64,000 nt of DNA from Eledone cirrhosa (Eukaryota), in contig OZ024757.1 of the NCBI GenBank assembly GCA_964016885.1, positions 3,596,001 through 3,660,000 of the forward strand. Direction: 5' to 3'. This document shows, piece by piece, positions 34,901 to 46,900 of this stretch. How positions within the stretch are numbered: the stretch's first letter is position 1; each line of letters opens with the position of its first letter. Below the pieces are notes generated by a model. It did no database searches. It was not told the DNA's origin and saw only the letters and a program-made list of their open reading frames with translations. A program made the position numbers and the translations under genes.

Positions 34901-37900
34901 AGTGTAGTGTAGTGTGGTGTAGTATAGTGTACTGTGGTGTAGTGTAGTGTGGTGTAGTATAGTGTAGTGTGGTGTATTGCAGTGCAGAATGGTGTAGTGT
35001 AGTGTAGTGTGGTATAGTATAGTGTGGCATAGTGTGTTGTAGTGTAGTGTGCTGTAGTGTAGTGTAGTGTAGTGTAGTGTAGTGTAGTGTAGTATAGTGT
35101 AATGTAAGGTAGTGTAGCGTAGTGAGGTGTAGTGTGGTGTAGTGTGGTGTATTGTAATGTAGTGTGGTGTAGTGTAGTGTGGTGTAGTGTGGTGTAGTGT
35201 AGTGTAGTGTAGTGTGGTGTAGTGTTGTGTAGTGTAGTGTGGTGTGATGTATTGTAGTGTAGTATAGTGTGTTGAGGTGTAGTGTGCTGTGATGTAATGT
35301 AGTGTAGTATAGCGTAGTGTAGTGTAATCTTGAGTAATGTGGTGTAGTGTAGTGTAATGTAGTGTAGTGTAGTGTGGTGTAGTGTGGTGTAGTGTGCTGT
35401 AGTGTAGTGTGGTGTAGTGTGGTGTAGTGTGGTGTAGTATAGTGTAGTATTCTGTAGTGTACTGTAGTATAGAGTGGTGTAGTGTAGTGTGGAGTAGTGT
35501 GGCGTAGTGTGGTGTGATATAGTGTAGTGTAGTGTGGTGTAGTATAGTCTAGTATGGTGTATTGTAGTGTGGTGTAGTGTAGTGTGGTGTAGTGTGGTGT
35601 AGTGAGGTGTAGTGTAGTGTAGTGTAATGTAATGTAGTGTGGTGTAGTGTAGTGTGGTGTAGATAGGGAAAGTATAGTGTGGTGTAGTGTGCTGTAGTGT
35701 AGTGTGCTGTAGTGTGGTGTAGTGTGGTGTAGTGTGGTGTAGTGTAGTGTGGTGAATTGTACCGTAGTGTGTTGTAGTTTGGTGTAGTATAGTGTGGTGT
35801 AGTGTAGTGTAGTGTAGTGTTGTGAAGTGTGGTGCAGTGTAGTGAAGTGCGTTGTAGTGTAGTGTGGTGTAGTGAGGTGGAATGTGGTGTAGTGTAATGT
35901 TGTGTAGTATCGTGTATTGTAGTGTTGTCTGGTGTAGTGTAATTTAGTGTGGTATGGTGTAGTGTTGTGTAGTGTAGTGTAGTGTAGTGTAGTGTAGTGT
36001 GGTGTAGTTTGGTGTAGTATAGTGTGGTGTAGTGTGGTGTAGTGTGGCATAGTGTAGTGTGGTGTAGTGTGGTGTAGTGTGGTGTAATGTGGTGTAGTGT
36101 AGTGTAGTGTGGTGAAGTGTAGTGTATCGTGGTGTAGTGTAGTGTAGTATGGTATAGTATAGTGTGGTGTAGCGTGGTGTAGAGTAGTGTGCTGTAGTGT
36201 AGTGTAGTGTGGTGTAGTATAGTGTAGTGTGGGATAGTGTAGTGTGGTGTAGTGTAGTTTAGTGCGGTGTAGTGTGGTGTAGTATACCGTAGTGTGGTGT
36301 AGTGTATTGTAGTGTGGTGTAGTGTAGTGGAGTGTAGTGTGGTGATATGTGGTGTAGTATCGTTTAGTGTGGTGTAGTGCAGTGTAGTGTAGTATAGTGT
36401 AGTATAGTGTAGTGTATTATTGTGTGGTGTAGTGTTGTGTAATGTGGTGTGATGTAGTGTAGTATAGTGTGTTGAGGTGTAGTGTGGTGTGATGTTGTGT
36501 AGTCTAGTATAGCGTAGTGTAGTGTGGTGTAGTATAGTGTAGTGTGGTGTATTGCAGTGTAGTGTGGTGCAGTGTAGTATAGTGTGCTGTATTGTAGTGT
36601 AGTGAGGTGTAGTATAGTGTAGTGTGGGGTAGTGTAGTGTAGTCTAGTGTACTGTGGTGTAGTGTAATGTAGTGTGGTGTAGTGTATGGGGGTGTAGTGT
36701 GGTGTAGTGTGCTGTAGTGTAGTGGAGTGTAGTGTGGTGTAGTGTGGTGTAGCATAGTGTAGTGAGGTGTAGTGTAGCGTAGTGTGGTGTAGTGTGATGT
36801 AGTATAGTGTAGTGTGGTGTAGTGTAGTGTTGTTTGGTGTAGTGTGGTGTATTGTGGTGTAGTGTAGTGGAGTGTAGTGTGGTGTAGTGTGGTGTAGTAT
36901 ATTGTAGTGAGGTGTATTGTAGTGTGGTCTAGTGTAGTATAGTGTAGTGTAGTGTAGTATAGAGTGGTGTAGTGTAGTGTGGAGTAGTGTAGTTTGGAGT
37001 AGTCTGGTGTAGTGTGGTGTGATGTAGTGTAGTGTAGTGTAGTGTAGTGTAGTGTAGTGTTGTGTAGTGTGGTGTAGTGTAGTGTGGTGTGGTGTAGTGT
37101 GGTGTAGTGTAGTTTAGTGTAGTGTACTGTGGTGTAGTGTAGTGTGGTATAGTATATTGTGGTGTAGTGTGGTGTAGTGTAGTGTAATGTAGTGTGGTGT
37201 AGTATAGTGTAGTGTGGGGTAGTGTAATGTGGTGTAGTGTAGTGTAGTTTGGTGTAGTGTAGTGTAGTGTGGTGTAGTATAGTTTTGTGTGGAGTAGTGT
37301 AGTTTAGTGTAGTGTGGTGTAGTGCAATGTAGTGTGGTGTAGTGTAGTATTGTGTAGTTTAGTGTGGATTAGTGTGGTGTAGTGTTTGTGTGAAGTAGTG
37401 TGGTGTAGTTTAGTGTGTTGAGGTGTAGTGTGGTGTGATGTAGTGTAGTGTAGTATAGCGTAGTGTAGTGTAGTGTTGAGTAGTGTGGGGTAGTGTAGTG
37501 TGGTGTAGTGTGGTGTAGTGTAGTGGAGTGTGGTGTATTGCAGTGTAGTGTGCTGTAGTGTTGTGTAGTGTAATGTGGTGTAGTATAGCGTAGGTTGGGG
37601 TACTGTAGTGTAGTGTAGTGTGGTGTAGTGTAATGTAGTGTGGTGTAGTGTAGTGTGGTGTAGTGTGGTGTAGTGTGGTGTAGTGTAGTCGAGTGTAGTG
37701 TGGTGTAGTGTGGTGTAGTGTGGTGTAGTATAGTGTAGTGAGGTGTAGTTTAGCGTAGTGTGGTGTAGTGTGATATAGTATAGTGTAGTGTGGTGTATTG
37801 TAGTGTAGTGTAGTGTGGTGTAGTGTAATGTAGTGTAGTGTAGTGTGGTGTAGTGTGGTGTAGTGGAGTGTAGTGTGGTGTAGTGTGGTGTAGTATGGTG

Positions 37901-40900
37901 TAGTATGGTCAAGTGAAGTATAGTGTAGAATACTGTAGTGTACTGTAGTATAGAGTGGTGTAGTGTAGTGTGGTGTAGTGTAGCGTAGTGTAGTGTGTTG
38001 AGGTGTAGTGTGTTTTGATGTAGTGTTGGGTAGTATAGTGTAGTGTTGAGTAGTGTGGTTTCAGTGTGGTGTGGTGTAGTGTGGTGTAGTGTAGTGTAGT
38101 GTGGTGTAGTGTAGTGTGGTGTAGTATAGTGTAGTATGGTGTATTGTAGTGTGGTGTAGTGTAGTGTGTTGTAGTGTAGTGTAGTGAGGTGTAGTGTAGT
38201 GTAGTGTAATGTAGTGTAGTGTAGTGTAATGTAATGTAGTGTGGTGTAGTGTAGTGTGGTGTAGATAAGTAAAGTATAGTGCGGTGTAGTGTGCTGTAGT
38301 GTAGTGTGCTGTAGTGTGGTGTAGTGTGGTGTAGTGTGGTGTAGTGTAGTGTGGTGAATTGTAGTGTAGTGTGTTGTAGTTTGGATAATAGTGTGTGGTG
38401 TAGTGTAGTGTATTAAAGTGTGGTGCAGTGTAGTGAAGTGCGTTGTAGTGTAGTGTGGTGTAGTGAGGTGGAGTGTGGTGTAGTGTAATGTAGTGTAGTA
38501 TGGTGTATTTTAGTGTAGTCTGGTGTAGTGTAGTTTAGTGTGGTATGGTGTAGTGTTGTGTAGTGTAGTGTAGTGCGGTGTAGTGTAGTGTGGTGTAGTT
38601 TGGTGTAGTATAGTGTGGTGTTGTGTGGTGTAGTGTGGCATAGTGTAGTGTGGTGTAGTGTGGTGTGGTGTAGTGTGGTGTAGTGTGGTGTAATGTGGTA
38701 TAGTGTAGTGTAGTGTGGTGAAGTGTAGTGTATTGTGGTGTAGTGTAGTGTAGTATGGTATAGTATAGTTTGGTGTAGCGTGGTGTAGAGTAGTGTAGTG
38801 TGATGTAGTGTAGTGTAGTGTGTTGAGATGTAGTGTGGTGTGATGTAGTGTAGCGTAGTATAGCATAGTGTAGTATAGCATAGTGTAGTATAGCATAGTT
38901 TAGTGTAGTGTAGTATAGTGTAGTATAGTGTAGTGTAGTGTAGTACAGTGTGGTGTAGTGTAGGGTGGAGTAGTCTGGTGTGATGTAGTGTAGTGTAGTG
39001 TAGTGTAGTGTGTTGAGATGTAGTGTGGTGTGATGTAGTGTAGTGTAGTATAGCATAGTGTAGTGTAGTGTTGAGTAGTGTGCTGTAGTGTAGTGTGGTG
39101 TAGTCTGGCGTTGTGTGGTGTAGTTTGGTGTAGTATAGTGTAGTGTGGTGTATTGCAGTGTAGTGTGGTACTGTGTAGTGTAGTGTGGTATAGTATAGTG
39201 TGGTGTAGTGTGGTGTAGTGCAGTGTGCAGTAGTGTAGTGTAGTGTGGTGTAGTTTAGTGTAGGGTGGGGTAGTGTAGTGTAGTGTAGTGTAATGTGGTG
39301 TAGTGTAATTTTGTGTGGTGTAGTGTAGTGTGGTGTAGTGTGGTGTAGTGTGGTGTAGTGTAGTGGAGTATAGAATGGTGTAGTGTAGTGTGGAGTAGTG
39401 TGGTGTAGTGTAGTGTAGTGTAGTGTCGTGTAGTGTAGTGTAGTGTAGTGTAGTGTAGTGTAGTGTAGAGTGTTGAGGTGTAGTGTGGTGTGATGTAGTG
39501 TTGTGTAGTATAGTGTAGTGTAGCGTTGAGTAGTGTGGTGTAGTGTAGTGTGGTGTGGTGAAGTGTGGTGTAGTGTTGTTTAGTGTAGTGAGGTGTGCTG
39601 TAGTGTCATGTAGTATAGTGTAGTATGGTGTAGTGTAGTGTGGTGTAGTGTAGTGTGCTGTAGTGTAGTGTGGTGTGGTGAAGTGTAGTGAAGTGTGGTG
39701 TAATTTAGTGTGCTGTACTGTAGTGTAGTTTAGTGTGGTGTAGTTTAGAGTGGTGTAGTTTTGTCTAGTATAGTGTGGTGTAGTGTGGTGTAGTGTAGTG
39801 TGGTGTGGTGTGGTATAGTGTAGTGCGTTGTAGTGTGGTTTAATGTGGTATAGTGTAGTGTAGTGTGTTGAGGTGTAGTGTGGTTTGGGTGTAGTGTTGT
39901 GTAGTATAGTGTAGTGTAGTGTTGAGTAGTGTGGTATAGTGTAGTGTGGTGTTGTGTAGTGTGGTGTAATGTAGTTTAGTGTAGTGTAGTGTGGTGTAGT
40001 GTAGTGTGGTTTAGTGTAGTGTGGTGTAGTATAGTGTAGTATGGTGTAGTGTAGTCTGGTGTAGTGTAGTGTGGTGTAGTGTAGTGTGGTGTAGTGTAGT
40101 GTAGTGTGGTGTAGTGTAGTGTTGTGTGGTGTAGTGTAGTGTGGTGTAGTGTGGTGCAGTGTGGTGTAGTGTGGTGTAGTGTGGTGTAGTGTAGTGGAGT
40201 GTAGTGTGGTGTTATGTGGTGTAGTATAGTGTAGTGCGGTGTAGTGTAGTGTAGTGTGGCGTTGTGTGGTGTAGTGTGGTGTAGTATAGTGTAGTGTGTT
40301 GTATTGCAGTGTAGTGTGGTGCTGTGTAGTGTAGTGTGGTATTGTATAGTGTGGTGTAGTGTGGTGTAGTGCAGTGTGCAGTAGTGTAGTGTAGTGTGGT
40401 GTAGTTTAGTGTAGGGTGGGGTAGTGTAGTGTAGTGTAATGTGGTGTAGTGTGGTGTGATGTAGTGTTGTGTAGTATAGTGTGGTGTAGTGTGGTATAGT
40501 GTAGTGTGGTGTAGTGTGCTGTAATGTGGTGTAGTGTAGTGTAGTGTAGTGTAGTGTGGTGAAGTTTAGTGTATTGTGTTGCAGTATAGTGTAGTGTGGT
40601 GTAGTGTTGTGTTGTGTAGTGTAATGTAGTGTGGTGTAGTGTGGTGCAGTGTGGTTTAGTGTGGTGTAGTGTGGTGTAGTGTTGTGTAGTGTAGTGGAGT
40701 GTAGTGTGGTGTTATGTGGTGTAGTATAGTGTAGTGCGGTGTAGTGTAGTGTTGTGTACTGTAGTATAGTGTAGTATAGTGTAGTGTAGTGTAGTACAGT
40801 GTGGTGTATTGTAGGGTGGAGTAGTCTGGTGTGATGTAGTGTAGTGTAGTGTAGTGTAGTGTGTTGAGATGTAGTGTGGTGTGATGTAGTGTAGTGTAGT

Positions 40901-43900
40901 ATAGCATAGTGTAGTGTAGTATTGAGTAGTGTGATGTAGTGTAGTGTGGTGTAGTCTGGCGTTGTGTGGTGTAGTTTGGTGTAGTATAGTGCAGTGTGGT
41001 GTATTGCAGTGTAGTGTGGTGCTGTGTAGTGTAGTGTGGTATAGTATAGTGTGGTGTAGTGTGGTGTAGTTTAGTGTAGGGTGGGGTAGTGTAGTGTAGT
41101 GTAATGTGGTGAAGTGTAATTTTGTGTGGTGTAGTGTAGTGTGGTGTAGTGTAGTGGAGTATAGAATGGTGTAGTGTAGTGTGGAGTAGTGTGGTGTAGT
41201 GTAGTGTAGTGTAGTGTAGTGTAGTGTAGTGTAGAGTGTTGAGGTGTAGTGTGGTGTGATGTAGTGTTGTGTAGTATAGTGTAGTGTAGTGTTGAGTAGT
41301 GTGGTGTAGTGTAGTTAGGTGTGCTGAAGTGTGGTGTAGTGTTGTTTAGTGTAGTGTAGTGTGCTGTAGTGTCATGTAGTATAGTGTAGTATGGTGTAGT
41401 GTAGTGTGGTGTAGTGTAGTGTAGTGTAGTGTAGTGTAGTGTAGAGTGTTGAGGTGTAGTGTGGTGTGATGTAGTGTTGTGTAGTATAGTGTAGTGTAGT
41501 GTTGAGTAGTGTGCTGTAGTGTAGTGTGGTGTGGTGAAGTGTAGTGAAGTGTGGTGTAATGTAGTGTGCTGTACTGTAGTGTAGTTTAGTGTGGTGTAGT
41601 GTAGAGTGGTGTAGTTTTGTGTAGTATAGTGTGGTGTAGTGTGGTGTAGTGTAGTATGGTGTGGTGTGGTATAGTGTAGTGCGGTGTAGTGTGGTTTAAT
41701 GTGGTATAGTGTAGTGTAGTGTGTTGAGGTGTAGTGTGGTTTGGGTGTAGTGTTGTGTAGTATAGTGTAGTTTAGTGTTGAGTAGTGTGGTATAGTGTAG
41801 TGTGGTGTTGTGTAGTGTGGTGTAATGTAGTTTAGTGTAGTGTAGTGTGGTGTAGTGTAGTGTGGTTTAGTGTAGTGTGGTGTAGTATAGTGTAGTATGG
41901 TCTAGTGTAGTGTGGTGTAGTGTAGTGTGGTGTAGTGTAGTGTGGTGTAGTGTAGTGTGGTGTAGTGTAGTGTAGTGTTGTGTGGTGTAGTGTAGTGTAG
42001 TGTGGTGTAGTGTGGTGCAGTGTGGTGTAGTGTGGTGCAGTGTGGTGTAGTGTAGTGGAGTGGAGTGTGGTGTTATGTGGTGTAGTATAGTGTAGTGCGG
42101 TGTAGTGTGGTGTAGTGTGGCGTTGTGTGGTGTAGTGTGGTGTAGTATAGTGTAGTGTGGTGTATTGCAGTGTAGTGTGGTGCTGTGTAGTGTAGTGTGG
42201 TATTGTATAGTGTGGTGTAGTGTGGTGTAGTGCAGTGTGCAGTAGTGTAGTGTAGTGTGGTGTAGTTTAGAGTAGGGTGGGGTAGTGTAGTGTAGTGTAA
42301 TGTGGTGTAGTGTAATTTTGTGTGGTGTAGTGTAGTGTGGTGTAGTGTGGTGTAGTGTAGTGGAGTATAGAATGGAGTAGTGTAGTGTGGAGTAGTGTGG
42401 TGTAGTGTAGTGTAGTGTAGTGTAGTGTAGTGTAGTGTAGTGTAGTGTAGTGTAGTGTAGTGTAGTGTAGTGTAGTGTAGAGTGTTGAGGTGTAGTGTGG
42501 TGTGATGTAGTGTTGTGTAGTATAGTGTAGTGTAGTGTTGAGTAGTGTGGTGTAGTGTAGTGTGGTGTGGTGAAGTGTGGTGTAGTGTTGTTTAGTGTAG
42601 TGTAGTGTGCTGTAGTGTCATGTAGTATAGTGTAGTATGGTGTAGTGTAGTGTGGTGTAGTGTAGTGTGCTGTAGTGTAGTGTGGTGTGGTGAAGTGTAG
42701 TGAAGTGTGGTGTAATGTAGTGTGCTTTTAGTGTAGTGTAGTGTAGTGTGGTGTAGTGTAGAGTGGTGTAGTTTTGTGTAGTATAGTGTGGTGTAGTGTG
42801 GTGTAGTGTAGTGTGGTGTAGTGTGGTATAGTGTAGTGCGGTGTAGTGTGGTTTAATGTGGTATAGTGTAGTGTAGTGTGTTGAGGTGTAGTGTGGTTTG
42901 ATGTAGTGTTCTGTAGTATAGTGTAGTGTAGTGTTGAGTAGTGTGGTATAGTGTAGTGTGGTGTTGTGTAGTGTGGTGTAATGTAGTTTAGTGTAGTGTA
43001 GTGTGGTGTAGTGTAGTGTGGTTTAGTGTAGTGTAGTGTAGTATAGTGTAGTATGGTGTAGTGTAGTGTGGTGTAGTGTGTTGTAGTGTAGTGTGGTGTA
43101 GTGTAGTGTGGTGTAGTGTGGTGTAGTGTAGTGTTGTGTGGTGTAGTGTAGTGTGGTGTATTGTCGTGTAGTGTAGTGGTATGTAGTGCAATGTAGTGTG
43201 GTGTAGTGTAGTGTGGTGAAGTGTAGTAGAGTGTAGTGTGGTGTAGTATAGTGTAGTGTAGTGTAGTATAGAGTGGTTTAGTCTAGTGTGGAGTAGTGTG
43301 GTGTAGTAAGCTGTGATGCAGTGTAGTGGAATGTCGTGTAGTGAGTTGAGGTGTAGTGTTGTGTGATGTAGTGTTGTGTAGTATAGTGCAGTGTGGTGTA
43401 GTGTAGTGTTGTGTAGTGTTTTATAGTGTAGTATAGTGTAGTGTAGTGTAGTATAGTGTGGTGTAGTGTGGTGTAGTGTAATGTGGTGTAGTGTAGTGTG
43501 GTGTAGTATTGTGTAGTGGAGTGGAGTGTAGTGAGGTGTGGTGTAGTATGGTGTAGTTTAGTTCGTTGTGGTGTAGTGTAGTGTAGTGTATTGTAGTGTG
43601 GTGTAGATATGTAAAGTATAGTGTGGTGTAGTGTGCTGCAGTGTAGTGTGGTGTAGTGTGATGTAGTGTAGTGCTGTGTAGTGTAGTGAAGTGTAGTATA
43701 GTGTAGTGTAGTTTAGGACATTGTGGTGTAGTGTTGTGTGAAGTAGTGTAGTGTAGTATAGCATAGTGTAGTATAGCATAGTGTAGTGTAGTGTTGAGTA
43801 TTGTGGGGTAGTGTAGTGTGGTGTGCTGTAGTGTGGTGTAGTCTGGTGTAGTGTAGTGTATTTTGGTGTAGGGTGGTGTAGTATAGTGTAGTGTGGTGTA

Positions 43901-46900
43901 TTGCAGTGTAGTGTGGTGCAGTGTAGTGTAGTGTGGTTTAGTACAGTGTGGTGTAGTGTGGTGTAGTGAGTTGTAGTGTAGTGTGGTGTAGTGTAGTATA
44001 GTTTAGTGTAGTGTAGTGTAGTATAGAGTGGTGTAGCGTAGTGTGGAGTAGTATGGGTAGTGTGATGTGATGTAGTGTAGTGTAGTGTAGTGTAGTGTAG
44101 TGTAGTGTAGTGTAGTGTAGTGTAGAGTATTGAGGTGTAGTGTGGTGTGATGTAGTGGTGTGTAGTATATTGTAATGTAGTGTTGAGTAGTGTTATGCAG
44201 TGTAGTGTGGTGTGGTGAAGTGTGGTGTAGTGTAGTTTAGTGTAGTGTAGTGTGGTGTAGTGTAGTGTCGTATAGTATAGTGTAGTATGGTGTAGTGTAG
44301 TGTGTTGTAGTATAGTGTGGTGTAGTGTAGTGTGGTGTAGTGTAGTGTGGTGTAGTGTAGTGTAGTGTAGTGTAGTGTAGTGTAGTGTAGTGTAGTGTAG
44401 TGTAGTGTAGTGTGGTGTAGTGTAGTCTGGTGAAGATGGGTAAAGTATAGGGTGGTGCAGTGTGCTGTAGTGTAGTGTGGTTTAGTGTGGTGTAGTGTAG
44501 TGTGGTGTAATGTAGTGCAGTGTGGTGTAGTTTGGTGTAGTATAGTTTGGTGTAGTCTGGTGTAGTGTAGTGTAGTGTGGTGTAGTGTAGTGTGTGTAGT
44601 GAGGTGCAGTGTGGTGGAGTGTAGAGTAGTGTAGTGTAATGTGGTATAGTGTGGTGTAGTGTTGTATGGTGTAGTGTGTGTATGTGCGGTGTGGTGTAGT
44701 GTGGTGTGGTCTAGTGTAGTGTAGTGCAGCGTGGTGTGGTGTAGTGTTGTGTAGTTTAGTGTAGTATAGTATAGTGTAGTGTAGTGAAGTGTAGTGTAGT
44801 GTAGTGCAGTGTAGTGTAGTGTAGTGTGGTGTGGTGTAGAGTGTTGTAGTGTAGTGACGTGTGGTGTGGTGTAATGTGGTGTAGTGTAGTGTAGTGTGGA
44901 GTAGTGTAGTGTGGTTTCGTGTGGTGTAGTGCACTGTATTATGGTGTAGTGTAGTGTTGTTTAGTGTGGTTTAGTGTAGTGTAATGTGGTGTGATGTAGT
45001 GTGGTGTAAGGTAGTGTGGTGTAGTTTGGTGTAGTGTAGTGTGGTGTAGTGTAGTGTGGTATAGCGTGGGTTAGTGTAGTGTGTTGTAGTGTAGCGTAGT
45101 GTGCCCTACTATGGTGTAGTGTAGAGTAGTGTGTTGTAGTTTAGTGTAGTGTAGTATAGTATAATGTAGTGCAGTGTGCTGTAATGTGGTGTAGTGGGGT
45201 GTAGTGTAGTGTAGTGTAGTGTAGTGTAGTGTAGTGTAGTGTAGTGTAGTGAAGTGTAGTGTAGCGTAGTGTAGTGTAGTGTAATGTGGTATAGTGTGGT
45301 GTAGTGTAGCATGGTGTAGTGTAGTGTGTGTATCTGTGTGTATGTGTGGTGTGGTGTTGTGTAGTGTGCTCTAGTGTAGTGTAGTGCAGCGTGGTGTAGT
45401 GTGGTGTAGTTTAGTGTAGTGTGGTGTAGTGTAGTAGGGTGTAGTAGGGTGTAGTGTAGTGTAGTTTAGTGTAGTATGGTGTAGAGTGTTGTAGTGTAGT
45501 GAAGTGTGGTGTGGTGTAGTGTAGTGTGGTGTAGTGTAGTATATTGTGGTGCAGTGTGGTGTTGTGTAGTGTAGTATGGTGTAATGTTGTGTAGGGTGGT
45601 GTAGTATAGAGTAGTGTGGTGTGGTGTAGTGTGGTTTAGTGTGGTTTAGTGCAGTGTTGTGTATTGTAGTGTAGCGTAGTGTAGTGTAGTGTAGTGTAGT
45701 GTAGTGTAGTGTAGTGTAGTGTAGTGTAGTGTAGTGTAGTGTGGAGTAGTGTAGTGTAGTTTCGTGTGGTGTAGTGTAGTGTAGTGTAGTGTAGTGTAGT
45801 GTAGTGTAGTGTAGTGTAGTGTAGTGTAGTGTAGTGTAGTGTAGTGTAGTGTAGTGTAGTGTGGTGCAGTGTAGTGCAGTTTGTGTAGTGAATTGTAGTG
45901 TGGCGTACTGTGGTGTAGTATAGTGTAGTGTAGTGTAGTGTGTTTGTGCGTGGTGTAGTGTAATATGGTGTAGTGCATTGTGGTGTAGTGTGGTGTAGTG
46001 TAGTGTAGTGTGGTGTGGTGTGGTGTAGTGTGGTGTAGTGTAATGCGGTGTTGTGTGGTGTTGTGTGGTGTAGTGTGGTGTAGTGTGGCGTACTGTGGTG
46101 TAGTGTAGTGTACTGTGGTGCGGTGTAGTGTGGTGTAGTTGAGTGTAGTGTAGCGTAGTGTCGTGTAGTATACTGTAGTGCAGGGTGGGGTAGTGTGGTG
46201 TAGTTTAGTGTAGTGTAGTGAAATGTGGTGTAGTGTGGTGTAGTGTAGTGTAGTTTAGTTTGGTGTAGTGTGGTGTAGTGTGGTGTAGTGTGGTGTAGTG
46301 TGGTGTAGTGTAGTGGAGCATAGTGTAGTGTAGTGTGGTGTAGTATACTGTAGTGTGGTGTAGTGTAGTGTAGTGTAGTGTGTTGAGGTGTAGTCTGATG
46401 TGATGTAGCGCAGTGTAATATAGCGCTGTGTAGTGTACTGATGAGTAGTGTGGTGTAGTGTAGTGTGGTGTGGTGTAGTGTGGTGCAGTGTAGTTTAGTG
46501 TAGAGTATTGTGGTGTAGTGTAGTGTGGTGTAGTAGATTGTAGTGTGGTGTAGTGTAGTGTCAGTGTAGTGTAGTGTAGTGTAGTGTAGTGTAGTGTAGT
46601 GTAGTGTAGTGTGTTGAGGTGTAGTGTGATGTGATGTAGTGCAGTGTAATATAGCCCTGTGTAGTGTACTGTTGAGTAGTGTTGTGTGGTGTAGTGTGGT
46701 GTGGTGTGGTGTAGTGTGGTGCAGTGTAGTTTAGTGTAGAGTATTGTGGTGTAGTGTAGTGTGGTGTAATAGATTGTAGTGTGGTGTAGTGTAGTGTCAG
46801 TGTAGTGCGGTGTAGTTTGGTGTAGTGTGTTGTAGTGTAGTTTAGTGTGGTGTAGTGTCAGTGTAGTGCGGTGTAGTTTGGTGTAGTGTGTTGTAGTGTA